Positions 58,170 to 64,000 of a stretch of DNA of 64,000 nt are shown in pieces (the stretch's first letter is position 1; every line of letters starts with the position of its first letter). Below the pieces are notes generated by a model. The model made no database searches, was not told the origin of the DNA, and saw only the letters and a list, made by a program, of their open reading frames with translations. Origin of the DNA: an uncultured Ectothiorhodospiraceae bacterium (GTDB lineage: Bacteria; Pseudomonadota; Gammaproteobacteria; JAABTG01); NCBI GenBank assembly GCA_964439835.1, contig CAYTPQ010000003.1:55468-119467 (forward strand), read 5' to 3'. The translations under genes were made by a program, and so were the position numbers.

Positions 58170-59074
58170 GACATCCTCCCCGCGCCGGGGTTTGACCGGG
58201 CCGCGACCGGGGCGTCGGCCAGATCGCGGAAACGGACCGGGCGAACGCCCCGCGCCTCGCAGCGGGCCCGGAAACCCGGTCCGGCAAGGAGCTGCCGCTC
58301 CTCGTCCCAGTGGTGGAAGGCCAGCAGGCGCGGGTCGCGGACCTCGGCCGCGTCCCGGTAACCGGGGTGACACATAAGCTCGTAGACCCTCCCCGGCGCC
58401 AGGCGGTCCAGGCGGGCGTCCAGTTCATCGGCGGACAGCCGCCCGCTCACGCCGGCGCCGACGAGGGTTGGGCCGCGGGAGGGACCTCCGCCCCCCTGGA
58501 GCAGCGCCAGCGCCTGCAGAACCGCGCTCCGCGCGAGGGCCCCGAGCCGGTGCCCGGACGCCGTGCGCCACTCCGGGGTCACGAAGCGGACAAAGACGAC
58601 GCCGTACTCCCCGGCGAGCGCCCGTACCCGGGGGAACAGGGTCGGCAGCATGTGCACGTGCTCGTGACCGTTCAGGAACCGGACCGCGAGCCCCAGGCCG
58701 AGACAGCGCTCAATCTGGGCCCGCAGCTCCGCCACCACGTCGGCCGGCCTCAGCGCCCCGCTGAGCAGGGCCCCGAGCAGTCCGGCCCGGCCGGGAAACC
58801 GGCCGCCGCGTGGGGCCAGCCGGACGCGCATGCCGGACGTCAGGGGTTCACCCAGGGTCAGGTTCAGGTGCACGCCGACGTCCACCTCCGGCCGCTCGCG
58901 CAGGGCGGGGGCGTACTCCACCAGGGCTGGGCCGTTGGCGAGCACGCCCGTCGCGGTCACCGCCCCGCCGTCGACCGTCGCGAGAATCCCCCGCGTCACG
59001 GCCCGGAAATAGCCGTAGTCGTCGGCGTTCACCACCAGCCGCGGGGGGACAGGTTCCGGCACGGGAGGGGTCAT
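58166..59074 (-). CDS. YdjC/ChbG-family carbohydrate deacetylase (NaxD/HpnK-like)
   Basis: N-terminal NADDYG motif and a YdjC fold. It overlaps the glycosyltransferase start by 4 nt. Confidence 0.8.
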   Translation of the reverse strand: MTPPVPEPVPPRLVVNADDYGYFRAVTRGILATVDGGAVTATGVLANGPALVEYAPALRERPEVDVGVHLNLTLGEPLTSGMRVRLAPRGGRFPGRAGLLGALLSGALRPADVVAELRAQIERCLGLGLAVRFLNGHEHVHMLPTLFPRVRALAGEYGVVFVRFVTPEWRTASGHRLGALARSAVLQALALLQGGGGPSRGPTLVGAGVSGRLSADELDARLDRLAPGRVYELMCHPGYRDAAEVRDPRLLAFHHWDEERQLLAGPGFRARCEARGVRPVRFRDLADAPVAARSNPGAGRMS

Positions 59075-59303
59075 CGGCGGGCGACTGGACTCCGGCGGCC
59101 GGGTTGCTCGCCCGAGCGGCCCCGGCCGCGGGAGGGCGCGAGCGGCCGGCCCCGGAGGGGATCGGCTCCCGTATCCTAGGCGGCCCCCTGAGGGGGTTCA
59201 AGCCGCCGCCCTGACGCGCGGCACGCCGCGCGCAATACCAAAGAACGGGCGGGGGCGACGCCCTTTTCGGGTATCATCTCCCGTCGCCACCGTTGCCAAG
59301 GGG

Positions 59304-59828
59304 ATGCGGGCCTTGGACAAGCTGATCCACCTTTTCCTTGAGGTCCTGCTGCTGCGCAAGGGCCCGCAGGACCTTCCGACCGCGCCCTTCCTCTTGTACC
59401 TGACCCTTGGACTCCACGCCCTCTCGGGCGTTGCCCTCGCCTTCGCGTACCAGCCACCGTTCGCCGCGCTGGCCCTCGGCATCACCGACACCGCGCTGCT
59501 GGCGCTGCTCACCGGCTCGTTGCTCTACCTCCAACGCCGCCAGGCGCGGCTGGTGCAGACCCTGACGGCGCTGGCCGGGACCGGCTTCGTGCTCGCCCTT
59601 GCAGCCCTCGCGCCGACCTGGTGGCTCGCGCACGCGCACGAGGCGGGTTCGGAGGCGGGCCTGCCGGCCTTCGCCCTGCTGGGCCTGGTCCTCTGGAGCC
59701 TGGTCGTGACCGGCCACGTCCTGCGTCACGCCCTCTCCGCACCTCTGATCGTGGGGGTGCTGATCGCAATCGTCTTCTACTGGGTGGCCCTCAACGTCCA
59801 GGACGCCCTGTTCCCTCTGGCCGACTGA
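59304..59828 (+). CDS. Hypothetical integral membrane protein (about 5 TM helices)
   Basis: ORF with several hydrophobic helices. It ends 4 nt before mpl. No family was recognised. Confidence 0.45.
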   Translation: MRALDKLIHLFLEVLLLRKGPQDLPTAPFLLYLTLGLHALSGVALAFAYQPPFAALALGITDTALLALLTGSLLYLQRRQARLVQTLTALAGTGFVLALAALAPTWWLAHAHEAGSEAGLPAFALLGLVLWSLVVTGHVLRHALSAPLIVGVLIAIVFYWVALNVQDALFPLAD

Positions 59829-59832
59829 CCGC

Positions 59833-61203
59833 GTGCATCTCCACATCCTCGGCATCTGCGGGACCTTCATGGGCGGTGTGGCCCTGCTGGCCCGCGCCCG
59901 CGGTCACCGGGTGACCGGCGCGGACGCCAACGTCTACCCGCCGATGAGCGACCAGCTCGCCGAGGCCGGCATCGCCCTCACGGAAGGCTGGGACCCGGCT
60001 GCGATCGACCCTACCCCGGACGTGGTGGTGGTGGGCAATGCCCTGTCCCGGGGTAACCCGTCCGTCGAGTACGTGCTCGACCGCGGCCTGCCCTACGCAT
60101 CCGGCCCTCAGTGGCTCGCCGAGCAGGTGCTGCGGGACCGCTGGGTGATCGCGGTCGCCGGCACCCACGGCAAGACCACCACCAGCAGCATGCTGGCCCA
60201 GATCCTGGACCGGGCCGGGCTCGACCCGGGTTTCCTGATCGGCGGCGTCCCCGTCGACTTCGGCGTATCCGCCCGGCTCGGCGGCGGCGGGTGCTTCGTG
60301 GTCGAGGCCGACGAGTACGACACCGCCTTTTTCGACAAGCGCTCGAAGTTCGTGCACTACCGCCCCCGAACCGCGGTCCTCAACAACCTGGAGTACGACC
60401 ACGCGGACATCTTCCCGGACCTGGCGGCGATCGAGCGCCAGTTCCACCACCTGGTGCGGACCGTCCCGGGTAGCGGCCTGATCATCCGGCCGGCCGGCGA
60501 CGAGGCCCTCGACCGGGTCCTCGCCCTGGGCTGCTGGACGGCGGTCGAGGAGACCGGCAGCTCTGCCGGGTGGGAGGCCAGGCTGCTGGAGGCCGACGGC
60601 AGCCGCTTCGAGGTGCGCTGGGCGGGCCAGCCGGTCGGCACCGTCCAGTGGGGCCTGCTCGGCGACCACAATGTCGCCAACGCCCTGTCGGCGATCGCCG
60701 CCGCCCGCCACGCCGGCGTCGAGCCGGCGGCGGCCTGCGCGGCGCTCGGCGACTTCCGCAACGTCCGGCGCCGGCTCGAGCCGCGGGGACGGGTGAACGA
60801 CGTGACCGTATACGACGACTTCGCCCACCACCCGACCGCCATCCGCACCACCTTGGAAGGCCTGCGCCGGCACGTCGGCGGCTCCCGGGTGGTCGCCATC
60901 CTGGAGCCCCGCTCCAACACCATGCGGCTCGGTGTCCACCGGGATCAGCTCGCCGGGGCGCTGGCCCCGGCGGACCTGGCCATCGTCTACGCGCCACCGG
61001 ACCTCGGCTGGGACGCCTCGGCCGCGGTTGCGCCGCTCGGGGACCGCGGCCGGGTCTTCGACCGCCTGGAGGACATCGTGCGCCACGCGGCGGACGCCGC
61101 TCGGCCCGGCGACCACCTGGTGGTGATGAGCAACGGCGCCTTCGGCGGCCTGCACGGCAAGCTATTGCAGGCCCTCGGCGACTCGGCGAGGGTCTCGCCG
61201 TGA
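59833..61203 (+). CDS. mpl: UDP-N-acetylmuramate:L-alanyl-gamma-D-glutamyl-meso-diaminopimelate ligase
   Basis: Mur-ligase family with an N-terminus MHLHILGICGTFMGGVALLA and ATP-binding GTHGKTTT. Mpl-like throughout. Confidence 0.88.
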   Translation: MHLHILGICGTFMGGVALLARARGHRVTGADANVYPPMSDQLAEAGIALTEGWDPAAIDPTPDVVVVGNALSRGNPSVEYVLDRGLPYASGPQWLAEQVLRDRWVIAVAGTHGKTTTSSMLAQILDRAGLDPGFLIGGVPVDFGVSARLGGGGCFVVEADEYDTAFFDKRSKFVHYRPRTAVLNNLEYDHADIFPDLAAIERQFHHLVRTVPGSGLIIRPAGDEALDRVLALGCWTAVEETGSSAGWEARLLEADGSRFEVRWAGQPVGTVQWGLLGDHNVANALSAIAAARHAGVEPAAACAALGDFRNVRRRLEPRGRVNDVTVYDDFAHHPTAIRTTLEGLRRHVGGSRVVAILEPRSNTMRLGVHRDQLAGALAPADLAIVYAPPDLGWDASAAVAPLGDRGRVFDRLEDIVRHAADAARPGDHLVVMSNGAFGGLHGKLLQALGDSARVSP

Positions 61204-61790
61204 GCCCCCGGACGGTCGCCCTGTTCCCGCTCAACACGGTGCTGTTTCCGGAGGGGCCGCTGCCGCTGCGGATCTTCGAGCCGCGCTACCTGGAGCTGGT
61301 GAGCCACTGCATGCGCACCGGCGACTGCTTCGGGGTGTGTCTCATCGAGAGCGGTAAAGAGGTCGGCGAGGCCCCGAAGCCTCACGAGATCGGGACGCTG
61401 GCGCGGATCGTGGACTGGCACCGGCTGCCGGACGGGCTGCTCGGGATCACGGCGGTCGGCGAGACGCGGTTCCGAATCCTGTCGCACCGGGTGCTGCCGA
61501 GCCAGCTGATCGAGGCCGAGGTCGAGCCCCTACCGGCCGAGGCGGCGGCGCCTCTCCCGGACGACTTCATCCCGCTGGCCGACTTCCTGCGCCAGCTGAT
61601 CAAGCACGTCCCGCACCTGTTCAAGGACCAGGCCCTGAAGTACGGCGACGCCGGCTGGGTCGCCGGCCGGCTCACCGAGCTGCTGCCCTTCCCCCTGGAC
61701 CACAAGCAGGCCCTGCTGCAGCTCGACGACCCGCTGCGGCGGCTGGAGCGGGTGCGGGCGCTGATGGGGGCGATGAACGTTCGGTTGTGA
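61200..61790 (+). CDS. Lon-protease N-terminal (LON substrate-binding) domain protein
   Basis: VALFPLNTVLFPEGPLPLRIFEPRYLELV is a typical LON N-domain start. The GTG overlaps the mpl stop as GTGA. Confidence 0.7.
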   Translation: MSPRTVALFPLNTVLFPEGPLPLRIFEPRYLELVSHCMRTGDCFGVCLIESGKEVGEAPKPHEIGTLARIVDWHRLPDGLLGITAVGETRFRILSHRVLPSQLIEAEVEPLPAEAAAPLPDDFIPLADFLRQLIKHVPHLFKDQALKYGDAGWVAGRLTELLPFPLDHKQALLQLDDPLRRLERVRALMGAMNVRL

Positions 61791-61843
61791 TCGGTTGCGC
61801 GGCGGCTACAAGACATCGCAAGCCGCGAGGTAGGCGGGCAGGT

Positions 61844-61942
61844 CCCCGGTACGGTCCCGCGGGACACGCCGCAAGTACATCCCTGTAGGCTCGTCTGCCG
61901 CCGTCCCTGGCGTCAGACGGTCCCGCAAGACCGTACCGGGGA
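61844..61942. repeat. Family D nested-hairpin element, copy 3 (subtype 1)
   Basis: Near-identical to copy 1 (ccccggtacggtcccgcgggacacgccgcaagtacatccctgtaggctcgtctgccgccgtccctggcgtcagacggtcccgcaagaccgtaccgggga). Confidence 0.75.
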
Positions 61943-62135
61943 CCTGCTCGAAGGTTGGCGCGAGAATCCTAGGAGCATGTCGGACTTCGCCGCGCCGCGA
62001 GATCCCAGGCGCACAGCTCGAGTTTCTCAATCGCCATCAGCCCCAGACTTCGCGTAGACGGGCCCAAGTTGCTCACGATCTTCGCTTACCGGGAGTGCCG
62101 AAAGCGAGGATGCGAAGAACCGCTCGTCCGGACTC

Positions 62136-63005
62136 TCAGGTCTCTCGACGGGAGACGGCGAGGAGCAGTGCGTCCAGGGCCCGGGTCGGCAGCAGGCGGC
62201 GCGCGACGGCGAAGAAGCGGGTGGGGACGGTCACGGGGTAGCGGGCCTTCGGGCGGCGGCTCTCGAGGGCGTGCACCACCGCGGGGAGGACCGCCTCGGG
62301 GCCGAGGGTGAAGGGGGCGACGGGACCGGGGGTGGTCAGCCGACGCTCCATGGCGAGGTAGGTCTCCCGGTGGGGGCTCGCGTCGCGGCGGACGTTGCGG
62401 CGGTAGGCCTCGAAGGCGTGCTCGCGGAAGCGGCTGCGGATCGGGCCGGGCTCCACCAGGGAGACGTGGATGCCGGTGCCCGCGAGCTCCAGGCGCAGGG
62501 TGTCGGTCAGGCCCTCCAGGGCGAACTTGCTGGCGTTGTAGGCACCGCGGTAGCGCAGGGTCACCAGGCCGAGCAGGGAGCTGTTCTGGATGATGCGACC
62601 CTCGCCGCGGGCGCGCATGGCCGGCAGCACCCGCGTGATCAGCTCGTGGACGCCGAACAGGTTGGTCTCGAACTGCGCCCGCAGGGCGTCCCGGGAGAGG
62701 TCCTCCAGGGCCCCGGCCTGGCCGAAGCCGGCGTTGTTGAATAGCCCGTACAGGCGCCCGCCGGTGCGATCCAGCAGCTGTTCGACGGCCGCGTTGATCG
62801 AGCCCGAGTCGTCCACGTCCAGGCGCAGGGCATCCAGCCCCTCGCCGGCGAGCTCGGCGACGCTCTCCTCCCGGCGTGCGCTGGCGAACACCCGGTAGCC
62901 GCGCGCGAGCAGCCCCCGCGCAACCGCCCGCCCGATCCCGCTGGAGCAGCCGGTGATCAGGACCGGCCGGCCCTGACCCCGCCCTAGGGCCTTTTCGGTG
63001 CTCAT
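62136..63005 (-). CDS. Short-chain dehydrogenase/reductase (SDR family)
   Basis: TGCSSGIGRAVA cofactor motif, NNAG, and catalytic YNASKFAL. Confidence 0.85.
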   Translation of the reverse strand: MSTEKALGRGQGRPVLITGCSSGIGRAVARGLLARGYRVFASARREESVAELAGEGLDALRLDVDDSGSINAAVEQLLDRTGGRLYGLFNNAGFGQAGALEDLSRDALRAQFETNLFGVHELITRVLPAMRARGEGRIIQNSSLLGLVTLRYRGAYNASKFALEGLTDTLRLELAGTGIHVSLVEPGPIRSRFREHAFEAYRRNVRRDASPHRETYLAMERRLTTPGPVAPFTLGPEAVLPAVVHALESRRPKARYPVTVPTRFFAVARRLLPTRALDALLLAVSRRET

Positions 63006-63046
63006 CGGATCAACGCCTGTGAAGAAATTGACCCGCGCGGCAGGCT

Positions 63047-63142
63047 CCCGGTGCGGTCCCGCGGGACACGCCGTGAATACGTCCCTGTAGGCTCGGATGC
63101 CGCCGTCCGGGCGGCATACGTTCCCGCGAAACCGCCCCGGGA
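63047..63142. repeat. Family D nested-hairpin element, copy 4 (subtype 2)
   Basis: cccggtgcggtcccgcgggacacgccgtgaatacgtccctgtaggctcggatgccgccgtccgggcggcatacgttcccgcgaaaccgccccggga. Confidence 0.7.
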
Positions 63143-63180
63143 TCCTGCTCGACGGTGTTCCCGAACACTTCTTCGTGGGC

Positions 63181-63768
63181 TCAGGGGTTCAGAAGGCGGG
63201 TGTGCCAGCCCCCGTGGCCTTTCTCGTACACGACCCGCTGGTGCAAGCGGTGCTCGCCTGCGGTCCAGAACTCGATCCGGTCCGGGACCACCCGGTAGCC
63301 CGACCAGTGCACCGGCCGGGGCACGTCACGGCCGGCGAAGCGGGCCTCGAAGCGGGCGTAGCGCTCCATCAGTTCGTGGCGGGAGGCGAGGGGCTCGGAC
63401 TGCCAGGAGGCCCAGCCGCCGATCTGGCTCTCCCGGGGCCGGCTCGCCCAGTAGGCGTCCGCCTCCTCCGGCGCCACCGCCTGGACGTCCCCCTCGACGT
63501 TGACCTGTTCCTTGAGCGGCTGCCAGAAGAAGCAGAGCGCCACGCGCGGGCGCGCCGCGAGCTGTCCGCCCTTGCGGCTCAGGGTATTGGTGTAGAAGAC
63601 GAAGCCCCGCTCGTCGATCCCCTTCAGCAGGATGGTGCGAATCGACGGCTTGCCCGCGGCGTCTACGGTAGCCACGGTCATCGCGGTGGGGTCCGGCAGG
63701 TCGGTCTGCATCGCCCGCCCGAGCAGGTTCTGGAAACGGTGGATGGCTTCGACGTAGAGGTCGGTCAT
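63181..63768 (-). CDS. pdxH: Pyridoxamine 5'-phosphate oxidase
   Basis: PNPOx motifs (TVDAAGKPSIRTILLKGIDERGFVFYTNTLSRKG, and RIEFWTAGEHRLHQRVVY near the C-terminus). Confidence 0.9.
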   Translation of the reverse strand: MTDLYVEAIHRFQNLLGRAMQTDLPDPTAMTVATVDAAGKPSIRTILLKGIDERGFVFYTNTLSRKGGQLAARPRVALCFFWQPLKEQVNVEGDVQAVAPEEADAYWASRPRESQIGGWASWQSEPLASRHELMERYARFEARFAGRDVPRPVHWSGYRVVPDRIEFWTAGEHRLHQRVVYEKGHGGWHTRLLNP

Positions 63769-63772
63769 GGGG

Positions 63773-64000
63773 TCACCTCGAGGACTCTGCCGCGAGCAGG
63801 GCCGCGTAGCCCTCCCGGTAGGTGGGGTAACGGAAGCGGAAACCGCTCGCGACCAGGCGGTCGTTGCGGCAGCGCTTGTTGCCCCGCTGCGGGCTGGCGG
63901 CCGCGTCGCTCACCCGCCCCGGCCGGGCAACGCCCATGCGGTCCGCGAGCCAGTCCCGCACCTCGCAGTCGGCGGCGGGGGCGCCGTCGACGCCCAGGTA
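63773..64000 (-). CDS. 3' end of a YfcH-like (TIGR01777-type) NAD-dependent epimerase/dehydratase-family gene. The 5' part lies outside the window
   Basis: The C-terminal ...LVASGFRFRYPTYREGYAALL resembles the DUF1731 tail of YfcH-type proteins. The frame is open to the window edge. Confidence 0.45.
   Translation of the reverse strand, partial: YLGVDGAPAADCEVRDWLADRMGVARPGRVSDAAASPQRGNKRCRNDRLVASGFRFRYPTYREGYAALLAAESSR

Overview
This is a high-GC (about 68-70%) bacterial chromosomal segment, probably proteobacterial. The glrK-yfhG-glrR-like operon and the mpl, ppc, hrpB and pdxH genes suggest a gamma- or beta-proteobacterium. It is densely coded, with about 55 supported protein genes. I found no rRNA, tRNA or CRISPR array.

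Gene content, left to right:
- A photolyase 3' end, an S1 serine protease and a CopG-like ribbon-helix-helix protein.
- A polysaccharide block: wecB and rfbB-rfbA-rfbC. It is followed by an AMP-forming acyl-CoA ligase, a PLP-dependent (DapDC-fold) decarboxylase, a LuxR-type regulator and an AsnB-like amidotransferase. This ligase/decarboxylase/amidotransferase trio looks like the exosortase-A-associated EPS genes, but no exosortase or PEP-CTERM gene is in the window.
- An ABC exporter, and a TDT (TehA-like) transporter followed by an RND membrane-fusion lipoprotein and an RND pump.
- PEP carboxylase, a LysM coiled-coil protein and HrpB helicase.
- A three-subunit molybdopterin oxidoreductase (catalytic A, FeS B and NrfD-like C subunits). 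The A subunit has no recognisable Tat signal.
- A PAS-GGDEF-hemerythrin diguanylate cyclase, an MltD-like lytic transglycosylase, an FKBP-type PPIase, a rhodanese and an APH-fold kinase.
- The anaerobic ribonucleotide reductase genes nrdD and nrdG. The glycyl-radical motif of NrdD lies in a separate 55-aa ORF. A BT1 transporter is encoded antisense between nrdD and nrdG.
- A nitronate monooxygenase-like flavoprotein, a TauD-like dioxygenase, a TIGR01212-type radical SAM protein and an OmpA-like protein.
- A GlrK/QseG/GlrR-like two-component sensor, lipoprotein and sigma-54 regulator operon.
- A SuhB-family phosphatase, a membrane-anchored PAS-GGDEF-EAL protein, MetY, a TerC remnant, a PHA-system small protein and MtfA peptidase.
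- A GT2 plus YdjC/NaxD-like deacetylase pair, then Mpl, a Lon-N-domain protein, an SDR, PdxH and a partial YfcH-like gene.

The most unusual feature is four families of short palindromic, MITE/REP-like repeats that recur through the window.
- Family A ('GATCAATGGGGTCAGACCCCTTTGATC'-type) is inserted in frame inside two protein genes.
- Family B ('CACCGCAGAGGCGCAGAG' hairpins) brackets the membrane-fusion gene, and a degenerate copy separates the two nrdD pieces.
- Family C ('GGACACGAAGAACA' hairpins with an AT-rich loop) has two copies.
- Family D is a roughly 100-bp nested-hairpin element with four intergenic copies.

Coordinates come from the ORF track. Where I checked them against the printed sequence, a few line boundaries disagreed by one base, so treat boundaries as +/-1 to 3 nt. 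Start codons are my best choice from SD/ATG context.
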